A stretch of 64,000 nucleotides of DNA, from assembly GCA_963835065.1 (NCBI GenBank), contig CAWIEK010000050.1, forward strand, positions 128,001 to 192,000, given 5' to 3'. The notes beneath the pieces are model-generated. The model did not search any database. It was not told the DNA's origin and worked only from the letters and a program-made list of their open reading frames with translations. The translations under genes and the position numbers were made by a program. Positions 53,601 to 62,472 of the stretch are shown one piece after another (positions within the stretch are counted from its first letter, which is position 1; each line of letters opens with the position of its first letter). This stretch comes from an uncultured Chthonomonadaceae bacterium. Its GTDB lineage: Bacteria > Armatimonadota > Chthonomonadetes > Chthonomonadales > Chthonomonadaceae.

Positions 53601-54901
53601 GTCGTCACGCTGGCGGCGAGGGTGACATTATGATCGAAAACGGTGGCGGCTATGGAACCGGACACGCTCCAATCGGATTTGCCGTCGTACTGAAAGCTGA
53701 GGTTCGTGCCCGTAAATAGCAGGCCGTCCACAACCGTGACGGTTTCCGTATCCTGCGCCGTGAGCAGCGCGTGTATCGCCCCGGAAACCTGTGCCGCGCC
53801 GCTGCCCGTGCTTGCGTCCCTGGCTATATGTATGGTAGTCGTGTCAATGCCCTGATTAGCGACGCCGAACGGCAGCGTCCAGCGCGTGGCGCATGTCGCG
53901 TCGAACGTGAAGACGCCGGTATCGGGAACGGCGGTCAGTTTCACGCCGGAAAGCGTGACATCGGGAACTTCGGGCGGGAGCGTAACGCCCTTCGGCAGCA
54001 GGTCACGGACAACCGCATTGAGATTCAGGGGCGTTTGCGCCGCCAAATCCGCTTCCAGCATCCAGTTGGCGTCTCCCGCGGCCTTGCTTGCGGATACCGT
54101 CAGGTCGCTGTCGAACAGCAGAAGCTGGCCCTGAAGACTGCCTTCTACGGTTCTGGTTGCGGCCTTGCCGGGCGTGTTGATGGTCAGATCGAGCGACACG
54201 CCGCTGACGGCGAATTTATCCGGGAACACCTGCCACACTTGATCTTTGCCCGACACCTGCGTTGCCAGATGAATGGAAGCGATGGAGGCGGCTTTGGTGT
54301 CCACGCTGAGGGAGATAGTGGCAAGCGACACGTCGCCCAGGCTTGCAAGCCCGGAAGGAAAGAACGAAAGGTCGGCGGAAGCAAGGCTTGCCAGTTCGGT
54401 CAGGCCAAGCGCGGGCAGGGTGTCGGCGGCAAGCGTCAGCGTCCAGAGGGCAGCCGTCGCCGTTACCTGAAATTCCACCGGCACGGCTTTTTGTTTCACC
54501 GTCAGTGTGGCATCCACCAGTCCCGTGACCGTGTTGACGTCCGCCAGGCTGACGCTCAGTTTGAAGCGCGTCACGGCAAGCCAGGACAAGTCGGGGATAT
54601 GAAGGGGCGCGGCATCCTGATAGGTCACGGTCAGGTCGCACGACTTTACGGCCCCCGCTTCCTTGAAATCAATCTCCACACCGGCCTGTGGAATGTTAAA
54701 AAGGGTGACATTGCCGGTAACGGCGAGACTGCCATCCGATGTGGTGGCAAGGTTCGCGTTTTGCACCACGATTTTATCGCCGCCGGGGATGTTGGAAAGC
54801 AGGGCGGGCAGAAGCCCGCCGCTTTGGGCAATGCCGGCCAGGGAAAGCAGGCCGTTTTGAATGTCTGTCTGAATCTCTTGCTGCAGCTGCGCGAGCGACA
54901 T
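50054..54901 (-). CDS. 1615-aa beta-strand-rich protein with C-terminal His-x-Asp repeat tail (candidate radical SAM substrate)
   Basis: Uninterrupted ORF with GGAG RBS; alternating hydrophobic/polar strands; 24 HxD motifs in the last ~182 aa; no signal peptide. Confidence 0.9.
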   Translation of the reverse strand: MSLAQLQQEIQTDIQNGLLSLAGIAQSGGLLPALLSNIPGGDKIVVQNANLATTSDGSLAVTGNVTLFNIPQAGVEIDFKEAGAVKSCDLTVTYQDAAPLHIPDLSWLAVTRFKLSVSLADVNTVTGLVDATLTVKQKAVPVEFQVTATAALWTLTLAADTLPALGLTELASLASADLSFFPSGLASLGDVSLATISLSVDTKAASIASIHLATQVSGKDQVWQVFPDKFAVSGVSLDLTINTPGKAATRTVEGSLQGQLLLFDSDLTVSASKAAGDANWMLEADLAAQTPLNLNAVVRDLLPKGVTLPPEVPDVTLSGVKLTAVPDTGVFTFDATCATRWTLPFGVANQGIDTTTIHIARDASTGSGAAQVSGAIHALLTAQDTETVTVVDGLLFTGTNLSFQYDGKSDWSVSGSIAATVFDHNVTLAASVTTTADARTFMLDAGQTGKGDLVTLPGIGGMTADSVAITIQKALKAKTKTPDTAHALDSASPYTWDVTIAGGLHFDPNVAVTGSVQLYDQGKTVGLIFKATNADVSIPIPSTPSSVHLGWESVGVTGTRDSGGKTKWAFDAEVDLWFTEMPKGLQSLFPATNSPCKADFKADAAGAALTIDHLVSPVEIKYPDTNVGSLHLKWGTGNVEAANFTLQLGSDISFSMDAGVGIPDQTNTLFGTKSDGTPSVNVFNTYRKGDDSTVTRLRVEADVKNGLSIRAVSSPFLALQFKTEGANTWCYVDFGDFGKFKFEVPVFSYDGKQFNAQGGFEQADPSVPLQIPLTPIKSLLNACHLNALGSALPNGIPLAEIKAFDDKGNLNTAALLKLLQKAGITLPKEFTSALDAIASRLDHLPTRFKSYLDFEIPEGFTFDITVTDDGRVSGKIAVEGDKPIKILTSCFIGPLPQLMGIELYSLTLGELFGGAALSVKIDAILDFFDIITMAAAIALPLDKLPILPNSNALVNTLTLHNLFVLVLYETVIPIPIPLFCEHLRYEYLGLEGLSVVTDWEFPKPQVPDFKQLLALFTSVEKFFTDRTYLLDPNASFGAAVPFSLTVGPNYLQLPKYLSGKLLGTQTGLQPPYTAYSLLAHLLNAMKTLSLNELIQCLPLEKRVGQETLAFGFMSGIYADWLITTPKEFRDLVAKNRVPAAFNDLNATIQVLPPSPTPNDEGMVLFLRGGWKLANVLDFDCRFGVAGASGGFGTVLHVAGSIGSLFSADLRGQVVISHNSPAFAVSGTSLLRVGDHTVFTASLEMDDTHFRMQGHLDLFPDSSPLKVKADGLMTLDNRGNLYLQAAVSVALQDFNILQSMVTITNNSATIEGQWLGVHAVFSIKRTGNAYDFSGMVLISLPLNLDTGAIQDPVTHTTLIPNISLNTSVGLQLDTHLGSSGFSASVSGQFVWSGHKVTMPAFTLSVSPRDIKALGDRVEKQIKDNASSLFSGLLTPHIDVAGKHIDTPSQHADVPAAPHVDTPPKHVDTPSKHGDTPQKAHVDAAAQHADTAAKHTDTASSHADSGGGHSDSTGSHDDTSFFGRAHVDSRPHWDTGKPHFDVGTPHTDATIIPHVDTTITPHVDTPVVPHVDSTLIPHADTQVLPHIDTKTIPHTDGTAIPHGDTSTPHVDVPAKAI

Positions 54902-55258
54902 AGCGGAACTCCATTCTTAGTGAGCGTACCGACCGTGTAAAGAGAACAGTGTGAAGAAAAACTGTTGGCAGAAACAATTTGCAAACAAGTTGCAGAGAAC
55001 GACTGCCTGCATCGTGGCGAGGAGTGGCATGTATCGGAAGCGCGGCATCGGGACGGCTTCCCCTAACCTTGAAAGCCATTATAACAAAACAATTACCTGC
55101 TGTCAACAAATTTTTTAAGAATTTTCTATCCATACGCCCGTTTGTTTTTTAGGCTGTTTGACAGCACTCTGCTTGTGCCTTCTGTTTCTCCTGCGTAACA
55201 GACAAAGCAAGTTTTCATCAAGTAAAAAGATATTTATCCTTCCCAGTGACGCAGAAGC

Positions 55259-55282
55259 GGGCGTGATGAATCACGCCCCTAC
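55259..55282. repeat. REP-like palindrome
   Basis: GGGCGTGA-TGAA-TCACGCCC-CTAC. Confidence 0.55.
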
Positions 55283-55388
55283 ACACCATGTTTGAACGGT
55301 ATTGCTCTTAAACTTTTCTTAACATCGGGCTGGTATGATACCGTCGGCATTACACGGCTTCTCTGCCTATTCAAGAAAGGAATTTTTT

Positions 55389-56953
55389 ATGTCTACCGAG
55401 ACTTCACTTCCCAAACTTTCGCGCCGCCAACTGCTGCAAGCGGCAGGCGGCGTCACCTTTCTCGCGCTTGTGCCCACGCGCAACGGCTACGCCGCCCGTT
55501 TCGACCGCGACGGTCAATCGGCAACCGAAAATCAAAAATCGAAAATCCCTATGCCTCTGTTCACCGCCCTGCCGTATATTCAGCCCGGCACGAGCAGCAG
55601 TAAGTTGGTGGAGGGGCAGGAATCGCTTGTCATTGCGTGGCAGACCAACCATGTTCCCGCCACATTTACGCTTGATTACGGCGCGTCCGGCCTGAACCGG
55701 CAAGCCACGATTACAAAGGCCGAACGTATGAGCGGCGACCATGAGGACGAAAGCCATCATCAGAATTATGTCGCCACGCTGACCGGCCTGTCGCTGAACA
55801 AACGCTATCAGTACCGCGTCCGCATGAACGGCGAAACTATAATGGAAGGTTATTTTACGACCCGCAAGCCGCGCGGCGTGAAAAGCCGGTTTGTCGCGTT
55901 CGGCGATAATTCTTATGGCGACATCAGCGACCGCGCGATTGCATACCAGGCGTACCGCGCCCGCCCCGACTTTGTGATGAATACGGGCGACAATGTGTAC
56001 GAAGACGGCCTGGACAACGAGTATGCCCGCTACTTCTTCCCCGTGTACAACGCCGAGCAGACGGGACAGCGCACGGGCGCTCCGCTCCTGCGCTCCATTC
56101 CGTACTATTCCGTGATTGCCAACCACGATGTTCACGCCAAAGGGCCGCAGGGGCAGCCGGTCGCCAACTTCACCCTCCACAACGACGCGCTGGCCTATTT
56201 CACCAACTTCCACTTTCCCCTGAACGGCCCCAATCCCGCCCGGAAAACACCGGCGTATGGCGATGCCGAGGCCATTGAGCATTTCGCCAAATGCGCGGGC
56301 GGACGGTTCCCCAACATGGTGAACTACTCCTACGATTATGCCGACGCGCATTTTCTGTGCCTGGACAGCAACATTTATGTAGACCCGACGGATACGGGCT
56401 TGCAGGAGTGGATTGCAGTCCGACCTTGCCGGCACGGACGCGGCGTGGAAGTTCGTCGTGTACCACCATCCGGCCTTCAACGCGGGCTACGACCATTACG
56501 CCGAGCAGCACATGCGCGTCCTGTCGCCCCTGTTCGAGAAGCACGGCGTAGACATTTTGCTGCACGGGCACGAGCATACCTACCAGCGGACGCGCCCGTT
56601 CCGCTTCGCGCCCGGTGATATGTCTGCCGCCAAAGCCGTAAACAGCAAGAACCGGTTGGTTCCCGGCAAGTTCACCATTGACACGCGCTTTGACGGCAAA
56701 ACCGTGACCAAGCCGGACGGCATTTTGTACATCACGACAGGCGCGGGCGGCAAGCACCTGTACGACCCGCAAAACAACAACAACCCTAAAAGCTGGCTGC
56801 ATCCCGAAGACAACAACGCGGATTACGTTGTTCCGCTTCGTGTCCGACCGCCATTCCCTGACCGTCTTCGACATGGACGCCCACTCCCTGCGCCTGACGC
56901 AAATTGACGAATGGGGCGCGGAAATTGACCACATTCATATCACCAAAGCGTAA
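55389..56953 (+). CDS. Tat-exported purple acid phosphatase-like metallophosphoesterase, two apparent frameshifts (~56417, ~56833)
   Basis: SRRQLL leader; FGD, GDNVY and ANHD in the first ORF; YHHP, GHEHTYQR and YITTGAGG in the second. Confidence 0.85.
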
Positions 56954-56969
56954 TTGCCAAAGCCTGAGT

Positions 56970-57088
56970 TCCGGGGCTTTGCAATCCCGGCAGGAAAGTG
57001 CAAGTGTCCTGCGGACGCGGGAATTTTCCTACAGAGTTGCGTCCGCAGGACGCTCGTTTTGTCCTGCCGGGGATTTTCAATCCCCGGC
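56970..57088. repeat. Inverted pair of REP-like units related to the MITE interior
   Basis: CCGGCAGGAAAGTGCAAGTGTCCTGCGGACGC is the near reverse complement of 5976..6007; followed by GCGTCCGCAGGACGC...CCTGCCGG. Confidence 0.7.
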
Positions 57089-57238
57089 TGACAGCGACAT
57101 GAACGCTTTGAATTCTGAAACGCCCCCAAATTCCGGCCAAAGCAGGAAAACAGCAACCTTTTCGACAAACATAACGCGCAACGCCCAAGACCGAATACCG
57201 AACGCCGAACCCCCAATACCACACGGAAAGGAAATAAT

Positions 57239-58543
57239 GTGAAACGAAAAACCGCTCTATCCCTGCTGACGCTTCTGCTTGCCTGCGCGCCGCTTGCCGT
57301 TCGCGCCCAGGAACCGCCCATCACGCCGCAGGGGATACAAGACGCGATGAGCGCCAATCCCGATGCCGCCGCGTCCGCGAAGTTGGCCGCGCAGATTCGC
57401 GCGCTTGCCGGCAGGCAGGACTTGAAGCAGGGAACGCGCCCCCTTGTGCAGTTCAAGGGCGAGGACGCCATTGTCGCCTTCGCCATTGAAGCCCCTGCGG
57501 GAACGCCGACCGTGACTTTTACCCGCGACAGTTCCACGTTCAACACGCAGCTCAGTCCGACACTGGTAAAACTCGGAGATACCGGCCTGTATGTCACCAC
57601 GTTTACCCTTGCGCGCGTGGGAACCATGCCGTTCCCGACCGGCGCGGGCATGAACTTCCACTATTTTCTGGACGGCAAGCCCGTTGAGCGCAAGCGCCCG
57701 GACGGCAGGCCGGAGGACGACCACTTTGAAGCCTATCCGCACAATCCCGATAACGACGTGGATGCCAGCGCGCCCAAAGGCAAATTGACGCAGATGCCGC
57801 GCTGGAAAAGTACGATTTTTGCCAACACAGAGCGTGATTGGTGGGTGTACGTGCCTGCGCAGTACACGCCCGACAAGCCCGCCTGCGTGATGATCTTTCA
57901 GGACGGGGGCGGCTACAAAGACAATGTCAGCCGCGTGTTCGACCGCCTGATTGCCAAAGGGGATATGCCCGTCACGGTGGGCATTTTCCTCAATCCGGGC
58001 GATCTGCCGCGCGGCACGAGCGCGCCGGGCAATCGGGGCGAGCGCAGCTACGAGTACGATACACGCAGCGACCTGTACCCCCGCTTCCTGCTGGAAGAGA
58101 TTCTGCCTGAAGTGGAAAAAACAACCAAACTTCGCCATGACGCCGCCGGTCGCGCCGTTGCCGGCCTGAGCAGCGGGGCGTCTGCCGCGTTCACCTGCGC
58201 GTGGTATCGGCCCGACCAGTTCAGCAAGGTGCTGTCGTGGATCGGCAGCTACACCGATCTGTCTCCGGGCGATACCGGCTATGAAGGCGCGCACAACTAC
58301 CCGTTCTTAATCCGCCGCCTCAAAGACGACGATCCCCGTACCAAAATCCGCGTCTTTTTGCAGGACGGCGGCAACGATCTGGACAACCCCTATGGCGACT
58401 GGCCGCTTGCCAACCAGGAAATGGACCGCGCCCTGAATTTCAAGCATATAGACCACAAGTTCGTCTTCGGCGGCGGCAACCACAGCGGCACGCACGGTTA
58501 CGCCATACTGCCGGAGTCGCTGCGCTGGCTGTGGCGGCAGTAG
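57239..58543 (+). CDS. Secreted esterase (enterochelin esterase-like alpha/beta hydrolase)
   Basis: Signal peptide; WVYVPAQY, FQDG, RSYEYD, GLSSG nucleophile, GNHSG. Confidence 0.85.
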   Translation: MKRKTALSLLTLLLACAPLAVRAQEPPITPQGIQDAMSANPDAAASAKLAAQIRALAGRQDLKQGTRPLVQFKGEDAIVAFAIEAPAGTPTVTFTRDSSTFNTQLSPTLVKLGDTGLYVTTFTLARVGTMPFPTGAGMNFHYFLDGKPVERKRPDGRPEDDHFEAYPHNPDNDVDASAPKGKLTQMPRWKSTIFANTERDWWVYVPAQYTPDKPACVMIFQDGGGYKDNVSRVFDRLIAKGDMPVTVGIFLNPGDLPRGTSAPGNRGERSYEYDTRSDLYPRFLLEEILPEVEKTTKLRHDAAGRAVAGLSSGASAAFTCAWYRPDQFSKVLSWIGSYTDLSPGDTGYEGAHNYPFLIRRLKDDDPRTKIRVFLQDGGNDLDNPYGDWPLANQEMDRALNFKHIDHKFVFGGGNHSGTHGYAILPESLRWLWRQ

Positions 58544-58795
58544 GTTGAGAAAGTGATGAGTGATGAATGATGAATGATGAATCAGCATTTTGTTCATCAT
58601 TCATCATTCATCACTCATCACTTCCCTAAAACCCCGGTATTTCTTCCGTGTTACACTCCCGGCTCCCTGTGGAAAAATGCTAGTGTGTGGCTGTGCAGGC
58701 GCGCTGCCATGATCGTAGCAACATTGGCGTGGTATTGTTCTTCTCTGTTCTTCTGTTGCCGCAATGCTGTTGTTTGATTTTGTTGCCTGCACGGT

Positions 58796-58827
58796 GGGCT
58801 GTTTTATTACGACAGCCCCGTTTGTTT
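58796..58827 (+). terminator. Possible intrinsic terminator upstream of flagellin
   Basis: GGGCTGT/ACAGCCC stem followed by TTTGTTT. Confidence 0.35.
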
Positions 58828-58930
58828 GCGCGCTAAAAAATCAATTCGCTGAATCTACCGGCGACGTCAGCGCAAACAATGTCGCGGCGGGAGGCCGCGC
58901 GTAACGCGCATCACGGAGGAGCCAAATACC

Positions 58931-60433
58931 ATGAGTTTTCAGATCAACACCAACGTCACGGCGCTCAACGCGCTCAACAACCTCAACAAAGTTTCCAACA
59001 GCGTCGCCGGCAGCATTGAAAAGCTGTCTTCCGGCTTGCGCATCAACCGCGCCGCCGATGATCCGTCGGGCTTGATCATCTCCGAATCCCTGCGCGCCCA
59101 GATTGACGGCTTGAACCAGGCCGTCAGCAACAGCCAGGACGCCACCAACCTGATCAAAACTTCGGAAGGCGCATTGACCGAAGTGAACAGCCTGCTGCGC
59201 AACGTGCGCCAGCTTGCCGTACATGCCGCCAACACCGGCGTCAACGACCAGGTGGCGGTGCAGGCCGACCAGACGCAGATCACATCGGCCATTGCCAGCA
59301 TCGAGCGCATCGCCGAGCAGACCCAGTTCGGAACCAAGCACCTGCTCGATGGCTCGTCCGGTATTGCGGCAAACGTCGTGGACACCAAGAACGTTGCGGG
59401 CATCAGCATCGGCGGCGTATTTAACAACCTGACCACGCAGAGCGGCACGGTCAATGTCGTTGTCAACTCTGTTGCGACCCGCGCTCAGGTATCCGGCCTG
59501 GCAACTTATGCCAGCGTCACGGCCAGCATCAGCACGGTGGCCGGCCTCAAAACCGGCAGTGGCGGCACAGTTGTTCTCAACGGGCAGTCCATCGCCGTCA
59601 GCGGTTCGGACACGGTGCAGACCTTGATCAACAAGATCAACAACTTGGCCGGCACAACGGGCGTATCGGCGGACTTCACCACTGCCAACGGTTCGGGTTC
59701 CATCGTGCTGACGCAGCAGAACTACGGCTCCAACTTCCAGATCAACGAAAGCGAGTCCTCTCCCCTGCTGACGGGAACCGGAGCGCCCACGCTGGTCAAG
59801 GGAAATAACGCTACCGTCACCGTCATCACGTCCGCTCTGGTCAACGGCGCGGTCACAAGCGTCGTTGCTACCTTTACCGGAGGCCGTTCCGCAAGCGACA
59901 GCGGACTGCGCGTAACCGATACGACGGGCAACAGCATTCTGCTGACGGAAGGCGCGTTGAGCAACTACAACGCCACCACGCCGGTTCAGTTGACGGTTGG
60001 CACGGTGACAGCGGGCAATCTCCAGTTCCAGATCGGCAGCAACGCCGGCCAGACGGTTACGGCCAGTCTGGGCAACGTTCGCACCACCAACCTGGGCAAC
60101 ACCAGTGTCGCCGGCTCGAACCTGTCCCTGGTTGACGTGACGACGACAAGCGGAGCCACCAACGCGATTACCATTACGGATGAAGCCATCGGGCAGGTGA
60201 CGCAACTGCGCGCCAACCTGGGCGCCTTCCAGAAGAACACGCTGGACTCGACCATCAACTATCTGAATGTCGGCGTGGAGAACCTGTCCGCGTCGGAAAG
60301 CCAGATACGCGACACCAATGTGGCCTCGGAAGTCGTAAAACTGACCAAGAACCAGATCATTCAGCAGGCCGCGCAGTCGGTTTTGTCGCAAGCCAACTCC
60401 GCGCCCCAAGCCGTGCTGTCGCTTCTGAGGTAG
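58931..60433 (+). CDS. fliC: Flagellin
   Basis: INTNV, KLSSGLRINRAADD, FQIGSN, RANLGAFQ, SQIRDTNVASE and LSQAN motifs; GGAGG RBS. Confidence 0.97.
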   Translation: MSFQINTNVTALNALNNLNKVSNSVAGSIEKLSSGLRINRAADDPSGLIISESLRAQIDGLNQAVSNSQDATNLIKTSEGALTEVNSLLRNVRQLAVHAANTGVNDQVAVQADQTQITSAIASIERIAEQTQFGTKHLLDGSSGIAANVVDTKNVAGISIGGVFNNLTTQSGTVNVVVNSVATRAQVSGLATYASVTASISTVAGLKTGSGGTVVLNGQSIAVSGSDTVQTLINKINNLAGTTGVSADFTTANGSGSIVLTQQNYGSNFQINESESSPLLTGTGAPTLVKGNNATVTVITSALVNGAVTSVVATFTGGRSASDSGLRVTDTTGNSILLTEGALSNYNATTPVQLTVGTVTAGNLQFQIGSNAGQTVTASLGNVRTTNLGNTSVAGSNLSLVDVTTTSGATNAITITDEAIGQVTQLRANLGAFQKNTLDSTINYLNVGVENLSASESQIRDTNVASEVVKLTKNQIIQQAAQSVLSQANSAPQAVLSLLR

Positions 60434-60750
60434 ACGGTAGAGGGTAGACGGTAGACAGTAGAGGTTCAGCCTGCTTGATGCGCTCACTTTGCATCAAGCA
60501 GGCTGTAACTTTCAGGCTGCCATCTACTCACTCTACTCACTCTACCGTCTACCGTCTACCCTCTACCGTCTACCTTCCTCCCCCCTTCCTTTTCCTGTCC
60601 CTAACCGGGTAGAATCAATTCCGGGCAGACACTTCTTCGTTACTTCTTTCTGTGTTTCTTGTCCATTCAGTTAGCACAGGCCGTTTACGGCTGTTTCTCC
60701 GTCGTTTTCCAAAAAGAATACCTGTCTATCCAGTGAAGGGAGACTGAACT

Positions 60751-61587
60751 TTGATTGATTATGAGCAAATGCTGCGAGACCCCGTATCGCGGCGGGCGTT
60801 TCTGGCGCGCATGAGCGCGGCGGGATTGGGCGCGTTATCCCTGCCCCTGCTGACAGGCTGCAACGGCAACACCAGCAGCAACAATACCAATAGCGCGGTG
60901 GGCAATTCTCTCGGATTTCCGGGTATTCCCGGACGCAACGCCAATGAGGTTGTGCTGAACTACGCGCTGACGCTGGAAATCACCGAAGCCGACCTGTATC
61001 GCCAGGCGCTCAACCGCGCGGCAGGGCTGGCGTTGGGTACGCAGTTGGATACCAATCTGCCCCGGCCCGGCACGACCGGCAGTTACAAGATGGTACTGAC
61101 CGCCGGTGGCCTGGACAGCAATACGGCGGCAGCAGGCTTTTTATACCTGGTGCAGTTCGCGTATGTGGAGGCCACGCACCGCGATTTGCTGTTTGCGATG
61201 CTGACCGGCTTAAAAGCGCCCCTGACGCAGGCCAGTGTCAAAGGCTATACCTTCCCCAATTCGGAACCGGGCGTAGACCTGAAAACTATCCTGACCAATC
61301 TGTATTCCATTGAAGAAACGGGCGTACGCGCCTATCTCGGAGCCGTGCCGACTTTAACGGACAATACCGTCGCCCAGACCGCAACCGCCATCTACTCGAC
61401 GGAAGCCCGGCACTCCGCTGCCCTGGCCTATCTCCTGGGCAAAGACCCCGGTCCGGCGACGGGCGTGGCTTCCACTTCCGACATCAGCGTCACCGGCCAG
61501 GCGTACCCGCACGTCAACACCTTTGAGTATGCCTCCACTCCCACCGAAGTGCTGACGGCGGTTTCCACGGCTTATTATGTCAAGTGA
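60751..61587 (+). CDS. Ferritin-like domain protein, Tat lipoprotein
   Basis: SRRAFL plus lipobox LTGC; LNYALTLE, EATH, EETGVRAYLG and EARH motifs. Confidence 0.85.
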   Translation: MIDYEQMLRDPVSRRAFLARMSAAGLGALSLPLLTGCNGNTSSNNTNSAVGNSLGFPGIPGRNANEVVLNYALTLEITEADLYRQALNRAAGLALGTQLDTNLPRPGTTGSYKMVLTAGGLDSNTAAAGFLYLVQFAYVEATHRDLLFAMLTGLKAPLTQASVKGYTFPNSEPGVDLKTILTNLYSIEETGVRAYLGAVPTLTDNTVAQTATAIYSTEARHSAALAYLLGKDPGPATGVASTSDISVTGQAYPHVNTFEYASTPTEVLTAVSTAYYVK

Positions 61588-61678
61588 GACGCGGAAGTTG
61601 ACGGATGCTTGCAGGTGAACAGTTTTGGATCATGCCGATATTTCCGGCTTGAAAACTTTTGGAAGGATGAGATTCACG

Positions 61679-62440
61679 ATGAGCGATACACACAATGCCG
61701 CGCCGACGCCGAACGCCACGCCTGCGCGCCCTGTCGCCGCGCTTGCGGGCATGGCGGCGGTAGCGGTCGGCACAATGCTGGCGGCAAACAGGGCCAATGC
61801 CCTGACTCTGACCTTTAACGACAACATTCCCGGAACCGGCGACATCAAGGTGCTGAACTACGCGCTGGCGCTGGAAGATTTCGAATCGGCTTTGTATCAG
61901 GCGGCGATTGCCAAACTGCCCTCATTGGGGGCAAGCGCGGGCAATGCCATTTTTGATTACGCGACCAAGTTCGCCGTTGTGGAAGCCGACCACGCGGCGT
62001 TTTTGCGGGGCGCGATTACGGCGGCGGGCGGCACGCCCATCAGCAAGTTCACCTATAATTTCAGCAGCATCACCGGGGCTGCGGATGCCCGCGCCGTTCT
62101 GGAACTGCTGCTGCAAGTGGAAGCAACGGGCGTACGCGCCTACATCGGGGCCGTGCCTTTGTTTTCCTCCAAAAGCGCGTACCTGCAAACGGCAGCCGCC
62201 ATTCAGGGAACCGAAGCCCGCCATACCAGCATCCTGACGATTGTGCGTAATACCCTGTACGCGACCACAACCAACGTTTCCTCCCTGACGCAGGACGGCA
62301 GCGCGATTGTCAATCTGAACTACGACACCATCGGCTACAGCGCGGCCAATCCCAACGAAGGCTACAAGGGCATTGACGTAGCCCTGTCTCCCAACGCCGT
62401 TCTAACCGCCATCGGCCCATTCTTCGTCGCGCCCGCATAA
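61679..62440 (+). CDS. Ferritin-like domain protein
   Basis: LNYALALE, EADH, EATGVRAYIG and EARH motifs; paralog of the upstream gene. Confidence 0.85.
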   Translation: MSDTHNAAPTPNATPARPVAALAGMAAVAVGTMLAANRANALTLTFNDNIPGTGDIKVLNYALALEDFESALYQAAIAKLPSLGASAGNAIFDYATKFAVVEADHAAFLRGAITAAGGTPISKFTYNFSSITGAADARAVLELLLQVEATGVRAYIGAVPLFSSKSAYLQTAAAIQGTEARHTSILTIVRNTLYATTTNVSSLTQDGSAIVNLNYDTIGYSAANPNEGYKGIDVALSPNAVLTAIGPFFVAPA

Positions 62441-62472
62441 GGAAGAAAACGACGAAACAAGGAGAGAAAGCC

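Noticed and set aside
49982..54940. Long plus-strand ORFs (378, 685 and 389 aa)
   Set aside because: Antisense shadows of the 1615-aa gene with no recognisable motifs.
58630..58795. Riboswitch or ncRNA upstream of flagellin
   Set aside because: Some pairing potential but no recognisable family consensus; would need an Rfam/Infernal search.
58833..58868. Sigma-28 promoter for flagellin
   Set aside because: Best match (TCAA-N15-GGCGACGT) is too far from TAAA-N15-GCCGATAA to support a call.
58841..60487. 548-aa minus-strand ORF
   Set aside because: Antisense shadow of flagellin.
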